Of a DNA stretch of 64,000 nt, positions 1 through 11,218 are shown in pieces; the stretch's first letter is position 1, and each line of letters begins with the position of its first letter. Location of the stretch: the NCBI RefSeq assembly GCF_964204645.1, contig NC_134036.1, positions 8,098,812 through 8,162,811 of the forward strand. The letters are read 5' to 3'. The DNA comes from Tubulanus polymorphus. Lineage: Eukaryota > Animalia > Nemertea. The translations under genes were made by a program, and so were the position numbers. The notes under the pieces are model-generated. The model had not been told where the DNA came from and searched no databases. It saw only the letters and a list, made by a program, of their open reading frames with translations.

Positions 1-1
1 A

Positions 2-949
2 TTTAAACAAAGAATTAATGAATTATTTGAAATAATCAAAAAGAAATCAGAAACAGAAACAACTTCTGAACAGAATATAACTTCCAAAAATAGTAAACTT
101 AGATCAAATAAAGTTCCAATTGAAAAACTTTTACCGAATGGATTATTTGATGCAACAGATCAAGAATTAGAAGATTTAGATATATTTTCTGATAAAGCAA
201 TTAGAGAAATTATTAGTATAAGACTTGCATCTGATAAAATTGCACATAATAAAAGTATAAGAGATCAAAAAATTATGTATTTGGAAAAAGAATTAACTGA
301 TAAAAATAAAGAAATAGAACAATTAAAGTCTGATTTAGATCATCAAGTAATTGATGAAATAGAATATAGGCAAAAAGAATTACGTTTAGAAAAAGAAATT
401 AGTAATTTAAAAGATAATTTAGAAGTACAGAAAGAAGAAATTAAATTATTATTAAAATCATATGATTATAATATTAATAGATTAAAAGTTATTTTTAAAG
501 ATTTGTTGATTAAACCAAATTCTGAAATATCATTAAAAGACAGGATGAAGTTATTATTTAAATTAGAAGGAATAACAATTCTTTCAATTCTAACAGCTGT
601 AACTATGTTATTTACAACAATTGGTTTAGCAATATCAAATGCTTTGAAATCTACTCCTACTCCCAATAAACCAGATAAACCTCCAGGTAATAATTCTATA
701 CAAGATAAAGTTAAGGATGGTTTAAAGAAATTAGCAAAATATTTATGGGAACTATCAAAGAAATCTGCTGCAGCTTTACCAGGAGTTATTGCATCAATTG
801 TTGGTTTTATATTGAAATCTGCTGGGAATATTCTTAACTTTGCTGCTGAACATATTATTTTATTTTTAATCACAGTTGTAAGTGCTATTATTTTTGGGTT
901 AGTAAATATGATATCAAAAAGATATCAAGAAAAAAATAATAAAAAATAA
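2..949 (+). CDS. Viral coiled-coil protein with C-terminal transmembrane segments (5' part outside window)
   Basis: Frame open from position 2 (FKQRINELFEII). E/K-rich heptads are followed by hydrophobic segments ITILSILTAVTMLFTTIGLAIS, ALPGVIASIVGFIL and IILFLITVVSAIIFGLV. Homologous to 44129-44578 and ~55005-55932. Confidence 0.8.
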   Translation, partial: FKQRINELFEIIKKKSETETTSEQNITSKNSKLRSNKVPIEKLLPNGLFDATDQELEDLDIFSDKAIREIISIRLASDKIAHNKSIRDQKIMYLEKELTDKNKEIEQLKSDLDHQVIDEIEYRQKELRLEKEISNLKDNLEVQKEEIKLLLKSYDYNINRLKVIFKDLLIKPNSEISLKDRMKLLFKLEGITILSILTAVTMLFTTIGLAISNALKSTPTPNKPDKPPGNNSIQDKVKDGLKKLAKYLWELSKKSAAALPGVIASIVGFILKSAGNILNFAAEHIILFLITVVSAIIFGLVNMISKRYQEKNNKK

Positions 950-973
950 ATAATTAATTTTTTTGTTAAATAA

Positions 974-2221
974 ATGAGTGGGAGTTATATAAGTCCTTCG
1001 AAGAATCATAGAATATCTAATGCTATTAAAGCAGAAAGATCACATCATATAATTACTCATAACCCTTCAAATATTAATCCCGATGAAACTTTATACGTTA
1101 GAATCCCTCGATTAACACAAAATACTTTTTATGTTCCAAATAGTATTTATTTATCAGCTGATATAAAAGTAATCGGTAATAATAATAATTATGTTGTCGA
1201 TAATGTTGGGAGAAATTTGATTAAAAAATTAACTATAAAGATTGGTCCAGAAACAGTTTTCTCATTAGATGATTATAATTTATTTATGCATTATAAAGAT
1301 TTATGGTTAACTAAAGAAAATAGAAATAATATGATATTTCAAGGAATCCAATCAGAAAACCATAATAAATTAAGATCTGAAGCCAATAACGCAGTAGTAA
1401 ATAATGGCGTAGATAATTTGATTAAAAAGATTTATGGAAGCAAATATAAAATTCCATTAGACTTTGAATTGATAAATAATAATGCACCTTTATATAAATA
1501 CGCAATTCAAGAAGATATTATATTTGAGATAACATTTGCTCCTGTAAATGAAATTGTATTATCTAGCGTTGTTAAAGATATGGGTTATAAATTATCGAAT
1601 ATATGTTTAGAATATAACACAGTAACTAATGAAAATATTGCTAGCACAATTCAAACTCAATACAATCAAGGATTTTCATTATTATATGATTATATTGATA
1701 AATTTAAAACTGTAACTATTAATGCAAATGATGAAATAATTAATGAGAATATTAATTTCCCAAGAAGATCTATTAAAGGTATATTAATATTTTTTACTAT
1801 TGCAACATATTCTAATGGTGCAATAAATGTTGATAATTATTATAATCCTGAAATAACAAAAGTAGAAATAACTATCGAAGGAATAGCGAATAAAATATTT
1901 TGCCAAGGAATGAGAATGATTGATCAATGGCCAGAAATTAGAAAACATTTTATGAATGAAAAAGTAAAATCATTTGAAAATTGTAATATTAATCAAATTG
2001 ATTATTATACCGGTAATAAATATGCATTATGGTTAGATTTTAGAACAACAGAAGATAATTCATTACATGGTTCTGGAAAAAAACTACAGAACACTAAAGA
2101 TGGAATACAATTATTCATGAAAAAGAATAAAGGAATCAAAAATTTTAAAATGCACATTTATATTATATCTGACGCACAATTAAATATTGTAAATTCACAA
2201 TTAGATAGTATTCAATATTAG
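974..2221 (+). CDS. Putative double jelly-roll major capsid protein (intact)
   Basis: 415 aa with beta-strand-rich alternating pattern. It is the most conserved gene across copies (nearly identical to 44648-45895) and sits in a pPolB/ATPase/integrase element. The fold is inferred. Confidence 0.72.
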   Translation: MSGSYISPSKNHRISNAIKAERSHHIITHNPSNINPDETLYVRIPRLTQNTFYVPNSIYLSADIKVIGNNNNYVVDNVGRNLIKKLTIKIGPETVFSLDDYNLFMHYKDLWLTKENRNNMIFQGIQSENHNKLRSEANNAVVNNGVDNLIKKIYGSKYKIPLDFELINNNAPLYKYAIQEDIIFEITFAPVNEIVLSSVVKDMGYKLSNICLEYNTVTNENIASTIQTQYNQGFSLLYDYIDKFKTVTINANDEIINENINFPRRSIKGILIFFTIATYSNGAINVDNYYNPEITKVEITIEGIANKIFCQGMRMIDQWPEIRKHFMNEKVKSFENCNINQIDYYTGNKYALWLDFRTTEDNSLHGSGKKLQNTKDGIQLFMKKNKGIKNFKMHIYIISDAQLNIVNSQLDSIQY

Positions 2222-2251
2222 AAATATAAAGTTAAAATTAAGGATATATAA

Positions 2252-2922
2252 ATGAGTGGTAAAAAAACTCCTAATACTAAAGAACAATATTTAAGAAATT
2301 TATATTACAACCCTGAGAGTTCGGTTGCTTATTCTTCTACTAAAAATATATGGCGTAAAGTAAAACAAGATAAATTAGATAAGATAATCCCACAAAATTT
2401 AGTTAAATATAAAGATATAAATGAATTTATGTTAGAACAACCAACATATACAACACATAAAAAAATTGTTATCATTCTTCTATTGGAATGAAACCTATTG
2501 ATGCTAGAAAACCTGAAAAAGCTGAAATTGTTTGGAATAATTTATATGGAGCATTTCTTGTAGATGATTTTGGTGAACCTAAATTTAAAGTTGGTCAAAA
2601 TGTTAGAATATCTAAGTATAAAAAGATATTTGACAAAGGATACGATCGAAATTTTACTAGAGAAATATATAAAATAAAAAAGGTAATAACAACAAAACCA
2701 TATGTCTATAAATTAGAAGATTTAGATGGTGAAGAAGTTGATGGCTACTTTTACGAAGAAGAATTAAGTTTAACTACTGAAAATCTAGAACAAGAATATA
2801 AAATTGAAAAAGTATTAAAAACAAAAACTATTAAAAGAAAAAAATATTCTTTAGTAAAATGGGTTGGATGGTCAGATAAATTTAATGAATGGATATTATC
2901 AAGTAAAATTAAAAATATATAA
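2252..2922 (+). pseudogene. rve integrase-chromodomain gene with the DDE core deleted
   Basis: The N-terminus (KEQYLRNLYYNPES..QPTYTTHKK) joins out of frame to HSSIGMKP..chromodomain (YKIEKVL..LVKWVGWSDKFNEWI). The WQADL/DEGKEF/IERFN core seen at 48069-49160 is missing. Confidence 0.88.
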
Positions 2923-3531
2923 ATGAATAAGGAATTATTTATATTTGAGCCTCATAATATGTTAATTTCTGGTGTAACAAATTGTGGAAAAACTTATTTT
3001 ATATTAAATTTATTAGAAACTGTTTATGAAAACTATTTTGATAATATAGTATTATTTTGTCCAACATATGAATTTAATCAAACTTATGATAGAAACATTA
3101 CTAGAAATAATAAATTTATTATATTAGATCCTAAAACAGTAAAAGAAAATTTAGATAATTGTATAAAAATAGCAATTGATATTTATAAAGGATCAAATAC
3201 ATTATTTATCATAGATGATTGTGCAAATTTACATGATTCAAAAGTTAGAGAAAGTGAGTTATGTTATTTAGCTTTCTCTGGGAGACATTTTGGAATAACA
3301 ACTTGGGTTTTAAATCAAAAATATAATTCAATTGTTAAAGACTTTAGAGAAAACATTAGATTTCTAGTTTTATTCTACAATAAAGATAGAAAATCGATGA
3401 AAAATGCACTTGAGGAAAATGATATTATTCCACATGATTTACATAATGAATATATGGATGAGTTGAAAAATATTAAAAGATCAAAATTACTATTTAGATT
3501 ACAACACCCATTTAAATATGAATTCATTTAA
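2923..3531 (+). CDS. A32/FtsK-HerA family DNA packaging ATPase (intact)
   Basis: Walker A GVTNCGKT, Walker B LFIIDD, and GRHFGITTWVLNQ (arginine-finger and sensor Gln motif). Confidence 0.92.
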   Translation: MNKELFIFEPHNMLISGVTNCGKTYFILNLLETVYENYFDNIVLFCPTYEFNQTYDRNITRNNKFIILDPKTVKENLDNCIKIAIDIYKGSNTLFIIDDCANLHDSKVRESELCYLAFSGRHFGITTWVLNQKYNSIVKDFRENIRFLVLFYNKDRKSMKNALEENDIIPHDLHNEYMDELKNIKRSKLLFRLQHPFKYEFI

Positions 3532-3788
3532 ATTCAACTAGCTTGTTAATCTAGTTGAATTCTAGTTACATTTTAGTTGTAACAAAAATCAAATATATTT
3601 AACAATATTTTAACTAGCTTGTTAATCTATTTTAATTCTAGTTACATTCTAGTTGAATTCTAGTTGTTAGTAGTTGAAACAAAAATCAACTAGATTTAAC
3701 AAGAAATAAATAAAAACAACAATATTTCAACTAGCTTGTTAATCTAGTTGAATTCTAGTTACATTCTAGTTAAATTCTAGTTGCAACA
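3531..3788. repeat. Intergenic array of three palindromic units downstream of the ATPase
   Basis: Unit (C/T)AACTAGCTTGTTAATCTAGTTGAATTCTAGTTACATT at ~3536, ~3611 and ~3728. It contains the stem AATTCAACTAG-9nt-CTAGTTGAATT and many CTAGTT subrepeats. Confidence 0.85.
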
Positions 3789-3816
3789 TCACACAACTAA
3801 TTTTTTTGTTATATAA

Positions 3817-4422
3817 ATGGTAGGTGAAAAGAAAATAAAATCTAAAAATGGTGATGTTCCAATTGAAAAAACTTTAGATGATTTAGGAATAACAGAAACA
3901 AAATTAACTCCAGATGATGGTGCTTTAAATAATGTTACAACAAATAATAATTATGAATATTATCTTTACTGTAAACATCAATTAGAAATATTAATAGCAT
4001 CTGGAAAATGTAAAAATTTTGTCGGTAAAAATTTAACTTATAATGAATTAGATACAATGAAATCAGATGAAATTATTAGATTATTTAAGATTTATGAAGC
4101 CGCGAGAACAGCTAGAATTAATGACGCGATATCAGAAAATTTAGTAAAAGGTTATAGTAAATTATGTAATTATATACTACCAATTGAAGATGAAAATAGA
4201 TTATATTCCGATTTAAAAAATGATTATTTAGTTATGACTGAATTAAATAAATGGATTGGATATTTATCATTTCAATTAGGTGGATTTATGACATTATTAT
4301 CAACCGGGGTTATAACATTTTCAAATATTGAAAGTAAAAATATTTCTATAATAAATGAGCGAGGTGAAAGAAGTGAAGGAATTAACTGTGAAGAAAAAAC
4401 CGAGAACTCAGAAACAAATTGA
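3817..4422 (+). CDS. Conserved viral hypothetical protein (~200 aa) with a hydrophobic C-terminal segment
   Basis: Homologue of 49528-50130 (IEKTLDDLGI, YEYYLYCKH, LYSDLKNDYLVMTEL). TAAATG start. Confidence 0.8.
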   Translation: MVGEKKIKSKNGDVPIEKTLDDLGITETKLTPDDGALNNVTTNNNYEYYLYCKHQLEILIASGKCKNFVGKNLTYNELDTMKSDEIIRLFKIYEAARTARINDAISENLVKGYSKLCNYILPIEDENRLYSDLKNDYLVMTELNKWIGYLSFQLGGFMTLLSTGVITFSNIESKNISIINERGERSEGINCEEKTENSETN

Positions 4423-4723
4423 ATGGTCTCGACAATTAGGAATTAAATCACAAGAATATAAAAAAGCTGTAAAAGAAAAAATAAGTAATAAAAATGTTAA
4501 TAAAAATGGTGAAAATATTGTTATTTCTACTCCTTCTGATAGTAGAATATTTGATAAATATTTATATTTTACAGTTGGATTTGTAATTGTATTCATTTTG
4601 ATTGGGTATGATTGGTATAAGAAATCAAATAAAATTCATGATATTAGTAATTCTGAACCAACTGCTATCAAAAATGAAAGTACTTCTGAAATTCCGAAAT
4701 TGATAATAAAAAAAATGGATTAA
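4355..4723 (+). CDS. Small basic single-pass membrane protein
   Basis: KQIEWSRQLG motif shared with 49167-49535 and 60206-60574. TM segment YLYFTVGFVIVFILIGY. Confidence 0.78.
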   Translation: MSEVKEVKELTVKKKPRTQKQIEWSRQLGIKSQEYKKAVKEKISNKNVNKNGENIVISTPSDSRIFDKYLYFTVGFVIVFILIGYDWYKKSNKIHDISNSEPTAIKNESTSEIPKLIIKKMD

Positions 4724-5725
4724 TATTTTAGAAAAAAAGCAAATAAAATAATTGAATATCTCACTACTTTTGTCTATCTATGCGGAGCAATTAAATTGTC
4801 CAGATAAGTCATTTCGGATTCTAGATATTCATTATTTTTATTAATTTATTTTGTTTTTATTTGAATATTTGAATTTGAATTTGTTAATCAATTAACATAG
4901 TAATTGATTACTAATTTGATTAAAAATTATATCATAATTAAGTTAAAAATACATAATTCATTTATCAGTTTTCATTCATACATTCTTTTCATTAGGAATA
5001 ATTTATAATTTCAAATTTCACATATTTTTTTAGCACCAACAACATTTACTTAGGTGTTTTAGCTAAGTATATAAGGCAATTCATTCAACCACTGGAGTGC
5101 CGCCGGGCTTGGCTTGCAGGGGCATTTCGAAAATGCACGTTTGTCCACCCTCCGTGGTTCTCCTTCAGTTTCGACTTTCGATCCTCCTTTCGGGGGTAAG
5201 GGGTTGATAGGAAATGCATTAGGCGCCTTTAATATAATGTGTTTCCTGTCAACCATTGAAGGAGAATTGGTGAGGTGTGGGTCACAGGGGTGTAATTAGA
5301 AATGCTTGGGGATAGGTATCTCGTGGCGCCTCTCAATAACGGGATGCTTATCCCCTAAAAACTCTGTGAGTCAAGTCGGGTGGTTTTGCTAAAACTTACC
5401 GTAAAAACATTGAAATATTCCTTTTAATCACGAGAGAATGATGACTATCCTCCTGTCGTCACGGCCGAGCTAATTTAAATAAACCTCGTTTTCAGCAACT
5501 AATGAAAACGCAGTAATTCAATACCGGCTAACTGGCTTGTGTGTTATATGTACTGCGTGCTTATTATATAACAACAACGTTGTGCAACACCTGTTTGAAT
5601 GATCAATATTCAAATGAAGCACTCTCTTATAATAACATGTAACAGATGTACTGTATGATTGTAGTTGTTTATAAAACGACTAAGGTTATTTTGGATTCTA
5701 GATATTCATTATTTTTATTTTTTAT

Positions 5726-6052
5726 TTAATCAACAATTTCTAAATCATGATGACCGTCTTCATTTTTCCCATGATATATTATTTTAAATCCTACTAAATC
5801 TTTCAATTCCTCCGTACTCAATGAAACCCATTTATCGGGTAAAAACACTTTAAATTCTCGTGATGTACTAACATTACAGTAGCTTAAATTAGCTGATACT
5901 TTCTCTCCATATTTAGTTTTTATCTTTTCTAATTTCAATATTTTATGTTCAATTTCTTTTGTAACATCAACTAACTTTTTTATTTCAAATTGTTTTTTTG
6001 CTGGTTTTATTCTGTTATTTATTGTTGCTAAGAATGCTTTTCTATCTCCCAT
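5726..6052 (-). CDS. Divergent homologue of the 117-aa viral protein (possible OB-fold ssDNA-binding protein)
   Basis: Shares KKL, TKYG(E/D)K, F-x-x-(F/Y)LPD, LS(T/S)E(E/D)L and Y-x-GKNE-x-GHH with 38883-39236. TAAATG start. The fold is inferred. Confidence 0.7.
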   Translation of the reverse strand: MGDRKAFLATINNRIKPAKKQFEIKKLVDVTKEIEHKILKLEKIKTKYGEKVSANLSYCNVSTSREFKVFLPDKWVSLSTEELKDLVGFKIIYHGKNEDGHHDLEIVD

Positions 6053-6073
6053 TTATTAGGAAAAAAAATTACT

Positions 6074-8038
6074 TGTGGTGATGAGTGGTGTCTCGCCCTC
6101 TCGCCCTCTGGTATGAAACCCCACTTTTCCATCCATCAGGAACAACAAGGCAGTTAAACCTTATATGTACAATCTTTATTGCATCCCGGAATGAGAATGA
6201 TTATCATAGCTTTACATAGTCTTTATATACAGAATCATGAGTATAATGTGAGAACTAGGTGTCAGACAAGTTGTAGATATCGGGACTCACAAACAAACAC
6301 CTAGTGACATGTTTGAGAGACATTAATTAATTATCGATGAGCACTGACTATAGCTAATTATCGTGAAAACATGTTGAGTAATGTCACATGTTGATTACGA
6401 CCTTAAAGCACATATTGTAATTATAGTCATAAGTTATATTATATTACTGTTGCTATCGCTATCGCTATCGCTATCGCTATCGCTATTACTATTATTATTA
6501 TCATTATTAAATATGTAATAGAGCTATGAAATATTATGAACTGTTCGATATGACATCGTAGATCTATATGATTATGAAATATGCAAATTATATCAGGGTG
6601 ACAGATGCCCCCTTGTCCAATTGAATTTGGTCCTCCAAATTTCGGAAAGCGCAGATGCTATAAGTTCATTAAAACTCCTTCCACTGCGAGAACGTGTAAA
6701 ATTGAGTTCCACCGTGCGAAAATGTGCAAACGTTGGATAGAAACATCCGGATTCTCAGTCATTCACGAAAGAGTCACATGTTGTCGTTATATACGGACGA
6801 TGCAATGATACGTTAACTGTAATTATCTGCAAAGGATCCCCGAATTCTGGCTGATTCTGCGACGAAGGAACAGAAGTAACGACGTGTTGTGTAGTTATAG
6901 CGTCCTGAAGTCCAGTTGGTGGTTGCAAGTAGTACTGGTACGCAATTCTCCGTTTTGAAGATCTTCCGATTACTGACTGGAAATAACTTCATGACACAAT
7001 GATAGTAACATGCAACATCTGACATGAGAGCAGTGTTCAGGCAATGACACAACACAAATACAGTTACCCTTGTCAACCAAAAGGAAAAAATTATCATCAT
7101 CCAAAATAAGTGGCCAGGTGTAACTGAGATTATATATTTGTCCACATAAAAATTCAACCAATTCATCTTCATGTTTTAGTTATACTAACAAAATATGAAC
7201 CTATGAAAATGAAAATTGCCGATTAAACCTTTAGTATAGTCGAAATAGTTTGTTGCGAAAAAAGTATAGATACGCACTGTACTGTAAATAGATGAATTTG
7301 ACTAATTAACCTAAGACATATCCCCTGAGAAGTGTTCCGTATTCTAATACTTATAGTACGAAATGAAACTAAAATTATTTATGCTGATTGGAACTAGATG
7401 CGTAGAAAAAAAGAATTGTGAATCATACTATTTAAACCGGCGATAACTTTTTTGATCGTACGGTAGTATCTTATATCCAAATTCCTATGATTTTCTATCA
7501 TGTTCATCTGACCACTAATTCGAGACAAAGAAGCAACTATATTACCTTTGGCTGACAAAAAGTTACCGTAATGCATTGTTCTCACTGAAACAGCAGCAAC
7601 GTTCACGATCAGTACGGCCATCTTGTCACAGGTGTAGTTGAATACGATCTTCTCGTGAGGTCAACGTTCCAGTCACAACCAATAGTTTAACAGCTTCATC
7701 TGTACTTGTGTAAGTCACGAGGACTAAATTTTGGATTCTCCACCATCTGTAACCGTCCATCTGTGAAGGCAAATCCGGTTCTCCGCCATCATAAGGTATT
7801 ACATAATATAAATCTGATATCATTTCACTTGGACTTTGTATTTCATATATTCCTCCTTCCATTTGACACTATAGTCATAAGTTATATTATATTATTATTA
7901 TTATTATTATTATCATTATTATTATTATTATTATTATTATCATTAATATGTAGTAGAGCTATGAAATATTATGAACTGTTCGATATGACATTGTAGATCT
8001 ATATGATTATGAAATATGCAAATTATATCAGGGTGACA
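6074..8038 (-). mobile_element. Deleted Ty3/Gypsy-type LTR retrotransposon remnant
   Basis: Direct repeats at ~6423-6603 and ~7871-8038 both begin TGTCACCCTG on the minus strand. The copy at 6603 is preceded by a polypurine tract (AAGGGGGCATC), has AATAAA at ~6175-6180 and ends ..CACCACA at 6074. No TSD is seen. Confidence 0.68.
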
Positions 8039-10635
8039 TAGCTAAATGTTTTCCTAATTGTAATTGACTTGAATCAATATCAATTTGTTGAATAACTCTT
8101 CTCGATGTTTCTGGTGTTGAAGTTCTTAATTTATCTAATCGATCTCCATACTCTTCCATTTCTGGATCAACATAAGTAGGATTTAAATTTGGATTTTTAA
8201 ATGGTGTATATTTGTTAATATCAATACCAACATTTGGTTCTTCTTCATTTATTCTATCGAGTGCATTCCATATAATTCTGAAAAATTCTGTACCACCTTT
8301 TGAATGTTCAATTGAAGATCCTGCTCGCATTTCAGGATGGTACAGATCTTCTTGTCCCATTTTAGATAATTGAATTGATAGTTTTGTTATTTAATTCAAC
8401 ATTATAGTACCATGAATCATTTTTAAATTCTAAATTATTCATGAAATGTATGTCATCTTTTCTAATTTGTTCTGAAATATCTTCTGGTTCAATGTTATCT
8501 GTTACATTTTTTTGGTAATAATTCTTCAATAACTGTATTTGTTACACTATGTTTTATGCATAATAATTCTTTTTTCAATTCAGGGTTTTGTGTTCTTTCT
8601 AATCTATTAATTAAATCTTTTCTTTCTGGTCTAGTTTTAATTATTATCTCATCGCGGGTTCTTAAATAATCTATTAATGTTTCACTTGTTTCAGTATAAT
8701 CTTTGAATTCATCATAATCATATAATATAGGCCCACTAGAATCATCTTCATCATTATTTAAAATTATTATTATGTGCTGATCCATCATCATTATCAATAT
8801 TAGTTTCATTAAAATCAGGTTGTGGTTCATCAATTATACCAGGGGTGTCACAAAAAGTATCCATTGGAATATCTACTTCCATTTATATAATAAAAAATTA
8901 AAATTTAAAATACAATATTCCTCCTATTACAATCCTATACAAGTTATAGCTAATTTAGCATTTTCATGTGATTTATTATCATTAATTATATCATGTTTAA
9001 TAATATCAGTTTTTATATTTTCTGTAGTATTGTAATCTTTTATTTTAGAATCATTATTCAATTTGATATTTTTAGTTTTAGTTTCAGTTGATTGAATATG
9101 TTTTTTAATTTTTTTACCTTCCATTAGTTTTGGGGCAGTGATAAATTTTTTGTTTATATTATTTAATCCAAACTTATTATGTATTGTTGCAGTCTTAATT
9201 AAATTATTATGACCAATTATATTTCCCATTTTTAATATCAAATCATCAGAAATGATTAATAAATTAGGCCCCATACAATGATTTAATCTGACATGAGATA
9301 TATCTAGATAATTTTGTTACCTGACTATATTTTCTGAAATCGATCTATTTTTATCATTATGAATAGAATCTTCAAATAATACTTTGAATTGTTTCTGCGC
9401 GTCAAATGAAGTATTATTATTTCCAACTATTGGTGATCTTGTTTCAACTTGTGCACCTACCATACAAATTAAATATATTCTAATAGATTGATTTATTTTT
9501 GTATACCTGATTTTGTAAAACCATCACTATTATCTAAAATAAAATTAATCCAACCATCATTATTATCAATTTTATGATTATGATAAGCACCAACTCTATA
9601 CATATAATCAATTTATTTCAAACTGTTAACTAACACCATGTAATTTACCATGCGCTCTAAAATCGGAATTAATATTTATATTACATATTTTATAAAACTT
9701 AGATAGATTAATATTATTATCCAATTCTTTAAAATATTTCGATCCAGGTAAAGGGCATTCTAATTCATTTAATATAGTTCTGATTTGAAAATATGTGTGA
9801 AATCTAAATATTGTATGAATGAATTTTAAATCTGAATGAGACAAATTTTTATCTAAGTCATTAAGATGATTGTTCCAACCTATACCACACCCTGTTGTTG
9901 CACAATAAACAGCAAAATTCAATTGGTTCTGCCAATATTCCATATTAGATTTTATTTTATATATATTATATTCATCTCGAGTAAAAGTAACTTCATATGT
10001 ATAAAATATGTTTTCCATTTTAGAAATAAAATAATTTTGTTTCGGCTACATAAATTTCTATATTAACTAATGAGTTCAAAACTAAATCTTTATATGAAAG
10101 ATTTCTATCAAAATCTATTGCAGGAATATGATATTTAATTGATTTATTATGTTGAAAAGCTTTTGGAAACCCCATTAATATAATAAGAAAATTAATTAAT
10201 TCTTTTAATAATTTATCTTGTTCTTCAATTGTTATATAACCATTTAAACTTATTACGTAATCTAATGTAATTTTTAATTTATTAATTTCTTTTATATTAC
10301 ATTTTATTTTTTCTTTATTACCTTTTATATTTAATTTTGAACGTATTCCAGTTAAAACACTTGAACTTAATCCTAACACGCCGATTTATATAGCTAAAGG
10401 TGTTAATGGCGAAAATATAGCTAAAAATGTTATTACAGAACTTATTGTAACCGAACCGCTAATAATAAAATAATATATAATTTTAGATTTAAAATATTTT
10501 TTCTTTTTTATCTTTAAATCATTTTAAAATTATGATTCTAATTTAGTTATTAGTTATTTATATTTAGTTATTTATATCATGAGGAATAATATCATTATTA
10601 TCAACTTCATCATCCATTTATTTAGAAAAAAATTA

Positions 10636-11058
10636 CTAATTAGTAAATTTATATGCTACAAATATAACAATAACAGTACCGCCTAAAATCCAAATTATTT
10701 CATATTTCTTCTGTTCATTACTTGGGGTATAATAATCTGATAATTTAGGTTTATATAGATGTAATCTTTCTTTATTTGTTAATGCGTTATATAAACTCAT
10801 TGCATCATCAACTGATTGAAAATCTCTATGTGTAATTTGCTGATTATATAATTCTTTATTGATGTAATCCATATAATTTTGTCTTTTTTCTCTATATTCT
10901 TCTGCTGCTTTATTGTATTTCTCTAATGCTAAATTATGTCTTCTTTGTTCTGCTAATGAACTATTTTTATCAACATGCTTAAATAAATACCCACCACCAG
11001 TAAATGCTAAAGCGTTAACAATTGCTGATCCTATAATAGTTATAATTGCAGATGCCAT
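10636..11058 (-). CDS. 140-aa viral membrane protein (intact in copy B)
   Basis: MASAIITIIGSAIVNALAFTGGGYLF..EQRRHNLALE..IIWILGGTVIVIFVAYKF, nearly identical to 40616-41038. Confidence 0.8.
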   Translation of the reverse strand: MASAIITIIGSAIVNALAFTGGGYLFKHVDKNSSLAEQRRHNLALEKYNKAAEEYREKRQNYMDYINKELYNQQITHRDFQSVDDAMSLYNALTNKERLHLYKPKLSDYYTPSNEQKKYEIIWILGGTVIVIFVAYKFTN

Positions 11059-11218
11059 TAATTTAACAAAAAAATTACGCATTTATATAGGAGGAATATA
11101 TTTTTGTTTTTCTAAATAATCAATAGTTAAATGAGATAAAGTAACTGCTAACGTTAATTTTAAAATATCATTGATATCAAATCTATCAACATTAATACTT
11201 CCCATTTTGAATACTTTT

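Larger units (their letters stand above)
1..6073 (+). mobile_element. Polinton/Maverick-like endogenous virus, copy A (partial, runs off the window start)
   Basis: Compact intronless AT-rich genes: coiled-coil membrane protein, MCP, integrase remnant, A32-like ATPase, two small genes and an OB-like gene, all with homologues in copies C/D. The right boundary is approximate (junction with an LTR at ~6074). Confidence 0.88.

Noticed and set aside
466-873. Minus-strand ORFs 466-873, 44125-44619 and 55470-55988, conserved in three copies
   Set aside because: They are antisense shadows of the conserved membrane-protein gene, with variable start/stop positions and no TAAATG start.
7626-7862. ORF starting MEGGIY..LYYVIP, resembling the zinc-finger gene start MEGGKVY..LYYIIP
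   Set aside because: The similarity is limited to two short words, lies inside an LTR-element interior and lacks TAAATG. It cannot be distinguished from chance without a profile search.
7706-7996. ORF with a poly-Leu 'TM' segment
   Set aside because: It is a translation of the (TTA)n microsatellite in the LTR.
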